A DNA stretch of 64,000 nucleotides from Octopus sinensis (lineage: Eukaryota). The stretch is taken from positions 6,634,001 through 6,698,000 of the forward strand of contig NC_043006.1 of NCBI RefSeq assembly GCF_006345805.1, given 5' to 3'. The position numbers and the translations under genes are program-made. The notes beneath the pieces were generated by a model. That model had not been told where the DNA came from. It did no database searches and saw only the letters and a program-made list of their open reading frames with translations. Below, piece by piece: positions 23,886 to 38,432 of this stretch. The first letter of the stretch is position 1. Each line of letters begins with the position of its first letter.

Positions 23886-25957
23886 CATACATAGGTAGAT
23901 AGATATAAGATCGTTTTAAGCGGAGGAGTTTGCAGCAGCCTTCTAAGTGTAACATTTTGGTCTAAGAGTTTGTTGATGAGAAACATGGTGCTCTTGTAGA
24001 AAACACTTTAAAACCTTCATGGGCTGTAATGTCAACCTCTGTTTTGACATAATAATGAGAAATTGACATCGAAAACTTCAAGATCAGTTCACGATGGCAA
24101 ACAACTGCTACACACACACACACACAAACACGCGCGCACACACATGCTATAATTTCTCATTTGAAACTACCTTACCTCAGAATGAATATTTATTAATGCA
24201 GAAATAAGTCTAGCGAACACCCATTGTCAAAGAAAATAGAATCTGATTCGTGTCGTAGATATCTAATAACTCTCACGGACACATACACTCACAGACAGAT
24301 ATACATGCACAAACACACACATAGACAGACACAACTGTACTTAGAAACACATACATAGACACATGCTTATACATACAGTTTGATTGCAAATGTATTTGAA
24401 CACATGATATCTTGTTGAGTTTTACAATATTCTAATTAACTGAAAATTTTATGTTGGGCAATATCATTGATTAGTCGACAGAAAATACATCAAGGGATTT
24501 ATTTTTATGGCTATTTTATAGAAATAACTTTGATAGTCTTCTGTATGTTATCAATAAAATTAAGGAATTTATAATTCATGATGACGCCGGGAGATTTTAT
24601 TATTTGAAATAAAGAAACAAGACGCAATTTTTTCAACTTAAATAGCTTTAATGAATGGATACATTGGATCTAATCATTGTGAGAGTAATGCTCACTGCTA
24701 TGTAAGCGCGAATACCAGCAACCATTAAAATCTTTTCATTCAATGCAAACTAATCAATGACTGCATGCAAAATTGCAGTTTTCGAATCGTTAATTATCTT
24801 CCGACATTTTTCTTTCCAGTCATTTAGTATATCACCTTTGATTAACAGTCATGTATTTAAAACATTAAAACATTAGTCTTGCATCGAAATTAGCATTTGT
24901 AGCACGGAACAATGCTATGAATATTACTGGCGGTTTCATACATCAAGTCCTTTTTTGTTTTTAATCAGCCCGATGGTAGAAAAAGTTTTGAAATGTATTA
25001 AATAATTAATTATATTAAATGTGAACTATCTCAAACATCTGCATGTGGTCTCTCAGTATTTAAGCTCAGCAAGAGAAACAACAATTTGAATCTCATTGAT
25101 CATCTTCATCATGTACAACTAGAGTTGGAAGAGAAAGAAACGGTGAATTGTAACAATTGAAAATTATACATAAACTATTAACAGGTATTGTTGTGAAATT
25201 ATGAATATTTCATGTTGATGATGAACAGAATAAAATTAGTCTATTAACACATCAGTATACTATACACACGTATAAAACAATAACAAGAGAGTGAACCGAA
25301 GTTGAAATCATGATAGACGCGTTGATTGTTTTATTCTTTAATAACATCAGAATTTGAATACGTACACACACACACATTTATATATATGTGTGTGTGAGAA
25401 TAACGATCTTCTTAGATTGCCTGCTAAACTCCACTTAGCAAGATAGAGATATTGTTGATATAAAAATGATCGTTGATATCGGTTTGAAGAGAAGTGTTAA
25501 CGAAAACCATATAACATTTATGTGTTTGTACACATGTATACGCGTGTGCATGCATATCGTTATCAACATATAAGCCAGTGTACTTATAGCGAAGTATTGC
25601 ATAAAGTTATTTGTGAAGCTTACATGAGATGATAAAGAGCATATACATATACGAGGTATTGATCAAAGTATCAGCTTTTCAATGGAAATTGGCCAAAGCG
25701 TACACATCTAATTGTATAAGTATGATAATCTGTCCTATTGCTGACATCGTGCGTATGATTATGTTTACACAGAATTTTGTACAAAGGGTGAGGTCTTGTT
25801 AGAGTAACATATGTCAAACGGCGCTGAAACTATAAAGAGCCGCTACTCTATGTGATATTACTATTGGTGTAAGATATACCACTATCGTAGTCTGTGGTAT
25901 TATTATAACGAGAGCTGCCTCAGATGCGCTAATAAACCTTGCGTTTAATATTTAATA

Positions 25958-26378
25958 GGCGCAGGAGTGGCTGTGTGGTAAGTAGCTTGCTAACCAGCCA
26001 CATGGTTCCGGGTTCAGTCCCACTGCGTGGCATCTTGGGCAAGTGTCTTCTGCTATAGCTCCGGGCCGACCAATGCCTTGTGAGTGGATTTGGTAGACGG
26101 AAACTGAAAGAAGCCTGTCGTATATATGTATATATATATATGTGTGTGTGTGTATATGTTTGTGTGTCTGTGTTTGTCCCCCTGGCATTGCTTGACAACC
26201 GATGCTGGTGTGTGTTTACGTCCCCGTCACTTAGCGGTTCGGCAAAAGAGACCGATAAAATAAGTACTAGGCTTACAAAGAATAAGTCCCGGGGTCGATT
26301 TGGTCGACTAAAGGCGGTGCTCCAGCATGGCCGCAGTCAAATGACTGAAACAAGTAAAAGAGAAAAGAGAAAAAGAGA
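25958..26378 (+). mobile_element. SINE family B
   Basis: Full-length homolog of 21497-21917. Confidence 0.9.
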
Positions 26379-28371
26379 ATAGCTATGATGTTTGATAGAG
26401 TAGCATGCAAAATTTGTTTATTCGTTTAGAAGTAAATTAAATAGATGAAGCAGCATTGATTAATTGTTGAGAATAGGATTCCCTGTTTGTGAGGAAAGTA
26501 TCACTAGGGATTTATCCAACAAAAGAATTTATACTCTTATAAAGCATTATTTTTTATTTTATATCTTGTGTTCTCTACTCCAAGCATCATGATTATATCT
26601 ATTAACAGTAATTTAGGATAGTAACATGAATTTAGTGTAGGTCTTATCCCACTGCAGCTATCACCATGGGAAATATTCGACCAAGCTTATTCGCCATCGC
26701 GACACGTCATGGCAATTTTTGAAGAATTCTTTTAAAACGAAGAGATTTTAAGCACAATGGGTGACTGGAATTTTTAGAACTTTTATATCTATAATATAGA
26801 AAGATACAGAAAATTATTGAGAACACAAAAAAAGGAGTGTTTTGTTTTAGTCTTCTAATAACTAATTTCTTCAACACCACATTATTTCTCGTTGGATAAA
26901 CGAAAATGTGAATCGCTTAGTTTTCTTGTTTAACCACAATGACACTAAAAATATAAGTATATATCAAGTACTGTAGTGAGAGGTGTATATCTAGGAAGGT
27001 CATATCATGTGGCTGAGGTGGTGATTCTCCCCGCGTGACACTCTTATAAGGTCAGAAACTGCGAGTCTTCTGTATAAGCATATACAGATTTGGGGACATG
27101 CTTGGTGCCATAATCAAGAGCTATCCCGAGCAGCATAACTTAACTATGCCATGATATATATCTATAAATCTCTCTCCAAATTTTATGCTAGATAAGCAAT
27201 TGTATATGCAAAGAGAAGGAGTGGGAGAAAGATATAGACAGACAGGCAGACAAACATTTAGACACACAGCATTAAAAGTATAGCTACGTAGATGAGCACG
27301 TGTATGTGTGTGTGTGTGTGCATGTATATATTTGTATGTAATTATAATTATTCGCTATATGTATGAGTGTGTTTGTGTGTGAGAAAAATTAATTTACTTC
27401 AGGTTTTAGATAAACCAAATTAATGCAGATTAAAATACCGTATGTAGATCATGCAGTCTATATGACGGCATTAATGGCATCAAAGATGCCTATCTTAGAA
27501 CCTTGAAAGTTAGGTATCTTAGCGTATATTCCTGGGCAGAAAACTTAACATTAATTCCTTAAGTCTTTAACCTCTAGTCCAGAATTCGGTTCGGCTTATG
27601 ATATGCATTAAAGAACGTGGGAAAATCAAGATGGAATGCAATGAATGAAGGCTAGTCCCGAGTTATTTGTATTCATCTTTCGAATGAATGTTGCATTGTA
27701 AATATTTTTAACTCTGATGAACACGCACATCAAATGCATTAAACGGAAAACACATGCTTTACCTAACTATAAAACATTTAACAAAGGAGAAAATTGATGA
27801 TGTTCTTTAAAACATTGTATTTACATTGTACAAGGTGCTTAACGAATCCGTAATATGCATTTTTGCGTATTAAAATAAAATAACAGTTTTATACATGTAT
27901 AATGGTAACATGCTGAAATTATTGAAATATATTCTCGAAGATATAAAAGTATGTATTTCCGAAATGTTGCGAGGAGAAAAATCTCGTATATTTTCAAATT
28001 ATTAAATTGCTAATTTCTAAACGAACTGTATAAAATCAAACCATTAATAAGTTAATGGCACGAAAACAAAATGGCTAATTATCGTTTGTAAGATTTCAAA
28101 CTGCTACATTCCATTCAGCTCATGTGCATAATACCAGTGTTTTGTAAATAATGAATGAATCACATAATATGACCTTCCTAGATATGCAGAAAATAATGTT
28201 CAACTATTATTACATATACAAGAAAATTAGTTAAATTAAAACTGACAGCCAGAAATAATTTGTTAACTTAACGACTTTGTTATCAGCATGATAACATATT
28301 TATAGACAAATCTACAACCAGGCATATGTATGTTAAATCACTGACACACACGCACACACACACACACACTC

Positions 28372-28430
<59 letters not shown>

Positions 28431-29949
28431 CGCTCTCTATACCTCTCTCTCGCGCTCTCTATATCTCTCTCTCGCGCTCTCTATATCTCTCTCACAGCAT
28501 GCATGCATATGTATGTGTGTTTGTGAGTGTGAGCGCGAGTGAGGGTGTATGCGAAGCATCAAAGAGGAGAAATGGTGAGACAATTAGACATAAATATCTA
28601 TACGTATTTAAGATTGTATTATGCTCGCACAGAGAGAAGGACAGATAGGGAAGGGAGAGAAAGGGGGAGATTAAATTATTGTATTCATCATATTTCAGAT
28701 TATTATCGTATATTTTCCATACTTCCATACGTTATAAACTGTCCGTAGATATGAACAGTAATTATATTGATTGGCATTATCGGTAGGTAATGTTACCCTT
28801 TAATTAAATGAATAGAAAGACAGTATCATCTTCTGAAACATGAATTGTATTCGACTTTGATAATTATTTATTACAAGAGGAAGCAATTTAATTTGATATA
28901 TCGAAACTGTATACTAAAAGCATCTCGCGAGAGTAATTTCATTCTTTCATATTGAGAAACATTGTCTACTTTTCCATGCATTTTTTCATTACTTCTGTAA
29001 AAGTTTACCTTCAAAACATACTCACAATTCTTAGAATATACATAAGATAACCACAATCTTTTGTTAACGCCGTATCTATGTATTAATTGCGATTCAAAAA
29101 GGTTTGTTTCAAAGTGATAGGTAGCTGCTGTCATATTCACGCCAGAAATAACGTTCATAGCTCATATAACTAATGTAAGGATAAATACCATACCAAGACG
29201 TACAGATAATACGTTCTGACTGTTCGTATTACAAACTTGGCTAACATCCGACGCTTTCAGGCGTTATAGCATGTACAGTGTCACAAACCTTCATATCCCA
29301 GTCTTATGACACTCTTACCCTATTTTGATATGATTCAACGAGATACTTGGCTTTCGTCTCGAGTCATTTAATTCTAACTGCGACACGAGTGAAGAACGGC
29401 TTTATCTGAAAAATTTGTTTCTTCTTTCGTTACATGACACACCGCAATAGTATTCGAGCCTATACACACTTAATCATTTTGGACATTCAGTTATAAATAC
29501 ACGTATCGAATTATAGGAAAAAGGAGATAACTTATCAATCTATCGCGGAAAATGTTTCAAAAATACATTCATTCAGTAATATTGATAAAGCGCATATGAT
29601 TATTTAGATCTACTTCTAGTGTATTTTAGTACTCAATTTCTTTGTGTTGCAGATCTCTTCGTGGAATCGCGTCCAAAATCTTTTAGGCTTTGATTTAGAA
29701 TTATCCAATATCAATGTTATAACAGCAAGTTCTATACTACCTGCGTAGAAAAGCAACGCCACTGTTGATATGACGCAGCCTATTACACCTTATGGACGTC
29801 CTGACGAGATGTTGTGAGATATGAAGTGAAAAACGTCTGTTTTCATGTAGAAATGCAAATACCAGTTTCTGCACCAGCTGCCATTGAAATTGCAAATAGT
29901 TATGATTTCGTAGCTGAGAAGGAATGTCTTAATGTATGTGGGTGTGCAG

Positions 29950-30006
<57 letters not shown>

Positions 30007-30023
30007 GCATACATACATAACAC

Positions 30024-30096
<73 letters not shown>

Positions 30097-30980
30097 GGAA
30101 GTGGAAACTGATCGTCTATCTTCAACTTCAACGTGACCTTTTAATATTTCATAAACACGTATACATTAATCATCTTAGTTTCCTGAATAATTAATAATAT
30201 AAAATGTTTAAGAATTTTGTTTTTGAATGGCTAAAATAAAGTCTTCTGCTCTCGAAATATTTTATTTTCCGATGAAAGTTAAGTCAACAGTGATATGTTT
30301 GTGATCATGTGAGGATCACAGAAGCAATACAGCTATAGCACAATAAGTTCAGGTTTGTTAAACTGCAATCGCTTAAAACTGACTTTATTATGTGTCCCTG
30401 CCTTGATGAGACTCGAGGAAGCAACACTGCATCTGGATTCTGCATATCTTCGAGAGCGGTACAATTAATGTTGTTTCACTTAAATAGTTGCTGTTTGATA
30501 ACTGCAAGGAAAATATTAGTATGGATGAGATACCAGAGGAACAGACGGATGAAGAGGATAGTAGGTTTCAGCCGAGTAGCGAGTGTGATGACTGCCGAAT
30601 AAGAGATCGGGCGTAGCAAGTGCAACAACAAAAGAAATGGTAAATGAAGAGTCTACATTTTCAGCTACTTCCAAGCAATAAAAGACATTGATTGTTCTTG
30701 GAATAGAAATGTCAAACAAATATGAAACCATCCCTGGGGCGTCTTTTATTAAGTGGTTTAATGCCAGTAATCTGAGTGGCCTTACTCTGGACTCCGTCTT
30801 GAATGTCGGAATATGTAATATTCCTCAACTGATCATTATAGGATGGCAGTAGTTGCGATGTCCTGCCTTAAATTCTATAAGATAATAATCTGTTACGATA
30901 TCTCTGAATAATAATAATAATAGTAATAATAATAATAATAGTAATAATAATAATAATAGTAATAATAATAATAATAGTAA

Positions 30981-31036
<56 letters not shown>

Positions 31037-31275
31037 AATACTTTGGCCAGTCAGTCTTCTACAAAATTATTTTGTGTCTGGGATGGCATTAGTCAATCTG
31101 CTTGTATTTGTCATAAACGGATCGCATTTTGCTTTGAAAGAGACAAGTTTTGAATGTCTAAGAGGCCCCGTTATTATATTTGTTGTTTTTGATTACGATC
31201 GTTTTGTTGTTGCCGAAATATCTATATAAATATTAAATTAATATTCTTAGTTTTCTTTTCAAATTTAAACTGTAA

Positions 31276-31450
31276 GTGGCTGTGGTAAGATGATTGCTTA
31301 ACAACCATACGGTTTCGAGTTCAATCCAGCCGCGTGGCACCTTGCACAAGTGTCTGCTTCAAAATCCTTTGTCCAATCGAAGCTTTGCGAAGGGTTCTAC
31401 TAGACGGAAACTGAAAGAAGCCTGTTCTATATATCTGTGTATGTGTGTGC
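31276..31450 (+). mobile_element. Degraded SINE family B 5' half
   Basis: GTGGCTGTGGTAAG...GCGTGGCACCTTG.ACAAGTGTCT...AGACGGAAACTGAAAGAAGCCTG. Confidence 0.7.
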
Positions 31451-32164
31451 GTGTGTTCATATATATACACATATATATATATATATATGCTTGTGTATGT
31501 ATATATATATATATATATAAATATATTTATCTCTCTCACACACACACATATACACATCGAGAGAGAGGTGACGGACAGACAGTCACTGAGATTCTCCTCG
31601 TCATTTATACATCAACATTTCTCTTGTACACACAATCATATCTATGTCTATCAGTCAATCAATCAATCTCTCTATTTATCAAGGCATCCATCAATCTAAC
31701 TGGTCCGTATCACCCACCAATGACCATTATCAAGACTTCTATTCAGTCAATATGAATATAGCGTACAAGGAAAACGCGGACCGATGATTATTAAAATTAG
31801 TTATTAATAAAATAGCAACAGTATTAGTAACAATTTTGGAGTTTCGGAGAATTAAAAGGAAAATATTGAAATTTCAAGACTTTTATATATATAAGATTTA
31901 ACAAAAAATTGTTTGTGTATGTGTCTATGCGTTTGCGCGTGTGTTAGATACATACACAAACACACACGCATATGTGTGCATGAGTGTGTGTGTGTATGTG
32001 TGTGTGTGTGTTGGAAACATTTTATTGTAGCACTGTAATATTTAATATGATGATGTGCTAGACTGTAGGAATATTATTTTAGAAACTATATAAAACGAAA
32101 GCAAATATATACGCAATATTATATTTCGAATAAAATCCTGCCATTCAAACAAAGACGTGTAGCT

Positions 32165-32325
32165 TTGGCATATTTTCATGTTTGCAGACTTGTCCCAGTC
32201 GTAGATTGTAGTTCATTGTGTTTGTCAAAAGGTGATTTAGAGAGCTGCTATGAATCCAGCATCAGTTGCCTCACCAATGTTTTCCAGTTTAAAGGTCGAA
32301 GATATCGACAGTTTGGCAACCGGAG
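32165..32325 (+). mobile_element. Possible Penelope-like RT remnant
   Basis: CLTNVFQFKGRRYRQFG resembles the PLE RT motif CL.N.F.F.G..Y.Q..G. The match is short and degraded. Confidence 0.4.
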
Positions 32326-32780
32326 CAACGTATCTAAAAAGAAAGTCAATCTTCGATTTTCTGTTGTATTTTAAGAATTCTATATTATCTGCTTTGATGT
32401 TGAAGCGTGGTCCGGCTCTTATAAACTTGTGTATTTCAATGTATATTGAGAAAATTTCTTTGAAGAATTCTAGATCCGAATACGATAACATAAAAAATAA
32501 AACCAAGTAATCGCAAAATGCGTATATTAAATATTTGTTATATAGAATAATATTTAAACGTTTTACATAATGTATAATTTCCAATAAAAACTTTCTTATT
32601 TAACAGAAACAGTAAATATTAGTCTTCAACTTTGCCCTGTAGGAATCACAGGGAAGAAAAATCGCTCACAGATCCAGTATTTATGCTGTAAACATCTACT
32701 AAACAAGAAGAATCGCTTGACAACAACTGGATAATATATATTTATGTATACCAATACATACCTATGCATACGCATATCTA

Positions 32781-32783
32781 TCC

Positions 32784-32873
<90 letters not shown>

Positions 32874-32875
32874 AG
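32781..32875. repeat. (TATC)n microsatellite
   Basis: Direct inspection. Confidence 0.95.
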
Positions 32876-32884
32876 ACTATATAT

Positions 32885-32917
<33 letters not shown>

Positions 32918-33074
32918 TTGTTGAAATAGAAAGATGAATTTTCTGTAACAGATTATTCAAAGGTTTAACCGATACCTGGGTAGCAAAAATCACACCGGAA
33001 AACAGCACGGTTGGAGATAAGACCATTTGGTGTTGCAACCGTGCGTTGGAGCGGATAATTGAAGTTTAATATTA

Positions 33075-33107
33075 TTAGGGTTAGGGTTAGGGTTAGGGTT
33101 AGGGTTA
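33075..33107 (+). repeat. Interstitial (TTAGGG)5 telomeric repeat
   Basis: Five perfect TTAGGG units plus TTA. Confidence 0.9.
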
Positions 33108-33151
33108 TATATATATATAATTCAATATATAATCATTTATGATTATAGTAT

Positions 33152-33258
33152 TCTACGCTGAAGAGAAAAGAAGTTTCGGTAAGATAGAATTATTTAATAT
33201 TTAATATCTAATTCTTATGCTTTCCTTAAAACTTGATTTCGAAACGTACGTCCGTGGA
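33152..33258 (+). ncRNA. Type I hammerhead ribozyme with intact core
   Basis: UCUACG-CUGAAGA-long stem II (GAAA/UUUC, AAGUUU/AAACUU, GAAUUA/UAAUUC)-GAAAC-GUAC-GUC-CGUGGA. Stem I is UCUACG/CGUGGA and stem III ACGUACGU is palindromic. Predicted cut after C33252. Confidence 0.75.
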
Positions 33259-33611
33259 TAACTAAAAAAATGTATGATAGATTGCAGTCAATTCATTCTC
33301 TCTTACCTGTTTGTGTCTGCCTTCCAATGCTGTTTTTACTGAGATCTCCCTTTTTAGTAGAAGAAATAGCTATAACCCTTTGACTGCTATTTCTAAATTC
33401 GGTATGTGGTAAGGCAACTCGTTGCTAAACCCTTATTGCTTAGTATATATATTATATATTATATATATATATATATTATATAATATATATATATATATAT
33501 AATATATATAAAGCCTTGCTAGGTTTTAAAAGGGAGCATTTATTTTATTTTTATGTATATATATATATATATATCTATATATATATATATATAATAATAA
33601 TATAAAATGAA

Positions 33612-33855
33612 TGTGCCTTTTTAAAGCCTAGCCAGGCTCATGGGCCTGATTTCGCGGTTCCAATGGGGTATGTGTTCCCCAGCTTGACGGAACGCCAGTC
33701 CATCGCAGCGTTACTCATTTTTGCCAGCTGAGTGGACTGGAGCAACCTGAAATGGTTTGCTCAAGAGCCCAACGCATCGCCAGTTCCAGGAATCTGAACC
33801 ACAATCTTACGGTTATGACTTCTGACACCCTAATCACTAAGCCACGCGCCTCCAC
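33612..33855 (-). mobile_element. CORE-type SINE with an alternative 3' tail
   Basis: Head and ACTCATTTTTGCCAGCTGAGTGGACTGGAGCAAC block are shared with 8042-8373. The tail differs. Confidence 0.75.
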
Positions 33856-33899
33856 TATATATACATACATACATACACATATATACATGTGTGCATGTA

Positions 33900-33967
<68 letters not shown>

Positions 33968-33968
33968 C

Positions 33969-34035
<67 letters not shown>

Positions 34036-35135
34036 TATATAATATATTTGCTATTATGCAAAAGTGTCGTATGTTCAAAAGCTTGCTTTTTCAGCAAACA
34101 AAAAACCTAGTTTCACCATTCCATAGCAAAACCGTTGCACTGCACTTTGACAATTTTTGACATCTTTGTATCCGAAGCACCTGCAGATACGATAGTTTGA
34201 CCAAAAGAACCAGCTATCGCAAGAAAAACAAATACTGGAAAAAAAAAATCGCATTTGGCCAGATTTGGACCTACGAAAGTTTAACATAATAGCAACGATA
34301 TGTGTGTGTATGTTTTTTATTATATCATTCCCATGCTGGTTTTCTGGCTTACACTGAATATAAGTGTTTGCCTATATTTTGATTCTGCTAATACTTATAC
34401 GTTTAATATCAGTTGTTTTAGCTTAATAGACGTTTGTGTATGTTTGATACTGAATCTTATGTTTGAGTTTGATTTTAGTATACTGTTTCAGTGGCTCTCT
34501 AAGATAGTTTTTATGTTGTATAATTCTATTCCGCAATCATTGCTCTAGCATGTTATTGAATGCTTATTTATTTATTTATTTATTTATTTATTATTTAATC
34601 ATTTATTTTATTTTCATGAATGCATTGGTTAAATGTATGAAATACATTTTGTGTGAGTATGGATATGATCCTGAGTACAGAAATGTTTTCGCGTCTTTGA
34701 TGAAATTTTATCTATTGCTTTTCTTTGTGGCTTGTAAAATTTTCAATACTATCTTTATTGAAAAACGCGAGAGTTGAGATTATAATTGGTGGCTGGTCTG
34801 AACAAAATGGAGGACATGTAAATTGTAATAGACAAGTGATGAGATATGTGTGTGTGGGTGTGTTTGTGTGTCTGTGTATGTGTCTGTGTCTGTGACTGTG
34901 TGTGTCAGTATAGGCTCTTGTGTGTCTGTGTATGTGTCTGTATCTGTGACTGTGTGTGCCAGGATAGGCTTTATTTAGTTGTTTCTATTGCAATGATAAT
35001 TTCTGTATTGCATATGATTTGCGTATATATTTGGCGAGTCGGTGAAGATGGGGTGGATTGGTAGAAGTTAGAGAGCGTGTCTATTTTTATCTTTGTTTTA
35101 CTTGCAATGCAGATGTGATGTTTATAGAACCTCAA

Positions 35136-35204
35136 GCATTATAATCGTTTCGATAAAGGTTAGACCTGATTCCGCTAATCTGAAACTTTAGGCTCCTCCG
35201 ATGC
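35136..35204 (-). ncRNA. Decayed hammerhead motif
   Basis: Minus strand reads GCAU-CGGAGGA-G..UAAAG...CUUUAUC-GAAAC-GAUU-AUA-AUGC. Stem I GCAU/AUGC is intact but the core and stem III are mutated. Confidence 0.4.
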
Positions 35205-35479
35205 GGATATTGAAGCACTCGGCAGTGTGGATGTCTGCGACCTCATAGGTTTATAAATCCTGGAAACTTTTACGAAGGGATTCCCGTCATTCCTTTTCGA
35301 TCCTTACAGAGATGGGTGTTTAGCCATCTCTAGAAGTGGAAATGGACTTACGTAGTATATACTTCTGTCGCATACCTCAATTGGTCTTAAGATTACAGTT
35401 GAGACCAATCTCACCATTGCTAGTGTTTTAGGAGTCATGCTAGATTTGGGTGCCGCAAATCAGCATATTATCATGAATG

Positions 35480-35804
35480 AAAGCGAAAAGATTCATAATT
35501 ATGGAGACCTTAGAATTGAGATCGCCAAGATGTGGCAGCTACGATAGTCAAACACAAAATTTGTCCCTGTTGTCATCGGAGTATTGGGTTCTATAACACC
35601 CAAGCGGAAAAAAAAACATCTGGAAAATTTAGAAAAACCCTAGTATCTAGGTATAATGCAAAAATCAGCATCATTTGGAGATGTACGCGCATTGTATAAA
35701 GTATTGTCTATTTGAGGTTCTTGTTGTGACTTCATAGACTGTACAAAGCCCTAGTGGACACAAAATATTTAATATCATGATATTAGATATTGTGTGACGT
35801 CTTA
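35480..35804 (+). mobile_element. Degraded R4/Dong-like LINE 3' end
   Basis: NYGDLRIEIAKMWQLR*SNTKFVPVVIGVLGSI...MQKSASFGDVRALYKVLSI*, followed by (AAT)n. Confidence 0.65.
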
Positions 35805-35820
35805 AATAATAATAATAATA

Positions 35821-35882
<62 letters not shown>

Positions 35883-35889
35883 AATAATA

Positions 35890-37010
<1,121 letters not shown>

Positions 37011-37011
37011 T

Positions 37012-37809
37012 ATATTGCTGTCTGTGGAGTCATATCTTTAGTTAAAGGAATTAGCTGTCTTTGACTGCTATTCTTAAATTTTGGGTATGTGGTGAAGCAA
37101 CTTGTTGCTAAACCTTTAATTATATTTATAATTATAAAAACATTTTGTATAACTTTTTTACCGATTATGGTTTTTTTCCATACCGAAACTACTTGGTAAA
37201 ATTTATTAATTATTAAATTAATAATTCTTTACCCTATATCTGTAATAATTATTTCACTCCCTGATAGCAAACTGCAGTTTTTGTTTTCCTGCGGTACTAT
37301 CTTGTGACGCACATGGTAATCTTGGAGGCAAAATATGAAATTACTCTTCTATATAGGTTTGGAAATGCAGATTACCTTATGCCAAGTTTCGATGTCTCTT
37401 GGTCGAGGATGCAGAAGGTAAGTTTCAAATTTCAAATGTATAATTCGCGAAATATTATGCTGATGAAGGAAAGGAATTTTACAATTCTAATTCCGAAACG
37501 CGTACCTAATTAATCGGGGACTGATTTCGTTATTTATTCTTCTTTTGCGTATGTGAGTTATAAATATTGCTGTCTGTGAAGTCATATTTGTAGTTAAAAG
37601 AATTAAGTGTCTTTGACTGCTATTTCTAAATTTTCGGTATGTGGTGAAGCAACTTGTTGCTAAACTAAACTCATAAATATATTTATAATTATAAGAAAAA
37701 AAACCTTTTTCTATAAGTTTTTACCGATAATGTTTTTTTTCCATACCGACACTACTTGGTAAAATTTATTAATTATTAAATTAACAATTTTTTGCCCTAT
37801 ATCTGTAAT
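37012..37809 (+). mobile_element. Non-coding partial tandem element with hammerhead (retrozyme/PLE pseudo-LTR-like), period 552 bp
   Basis: Direct repeats 37012-37246 and 37564-37809 flank a hammerhead. A ~50-bp block is shared with 33379-33431. Confidence 0.7.
37454..37510 (+). ncRNA. Type I hammerhead motif
   Basis: AUUAUG-CUGAUGA-A-GGAA...GAAUU/AAUUC...UUCC-GAAAC-GC-GUA-CCUAAU. Stem III ACGCGU is palindromic and stem I has one mismatch. Confidence 0.65.
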
Positions 37810-37821
37810 GCGTGAGGAGTG

Positions 37822-37852
<31 letters not shown>

Positions 37853-37923
37853 TCCTCACGCATTACAGATATATTATATAAATATATTTACTTTATTTAA
37901 AGCAGCAGAAAATTCAACAAAAC

Positions 37924-37961
37924 CTGTTACTCTGAGTTTCCCGTTGCCGTTCATCGGACAG
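37924..37961 (-). ncRNA. Minimal type I hammerhead motif, U4C variant
   Basis: Minus strand reads CUGU-CCGAUGA-A-CG GCAA CG-G-GAAAC-UCAGA-GUA-ACAG. Confidence 0.6.
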
Positions 37962-38121
37962 TTTTTGCTATAATGGAACCGATATGTTTCACATTTATGT
38001 GTTTACTCCGGTATATATATATATATATGTATATAGTGTGCATTTTTCTTTTTCTGCTGTATGTTTTTATTACAACTCATAACATGCTGAGGATCTTTTG
38101 AATGACGCGATAGATAGATAG

Positions 38122-38377
38122 GTTTCTTTATTAGCCACGCTGGGCCGAATACTGTGTGTGTGTGGGGGATACAATGTAGAACTTTTATTTTGAAAAGAAA
38201 AACGATCAACACATTCGAAAGCGTTTAGGAGGTGTATAAGGCGAAATAACAATGTTCCATTTATAATAGAATTCCCAAAAAGTGGAGTAAAAATGTTATG
38301 CAGATTTACCATGGAAAGAAAAGCCTACGACAAAGATCACGGTAACCTCAGGCAGGGAAAGAACATCTCTCTCTCTT

Positions 38378-38432
<55 letters not shown>

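Noticed and set aside
30500-30620. Acidic peptide MDEIPEEQTDEEDSRFQPSSECDDC as a host exon
   Set aside because: Short, closed by a stop, with no clear splice sites or recognisable domain.
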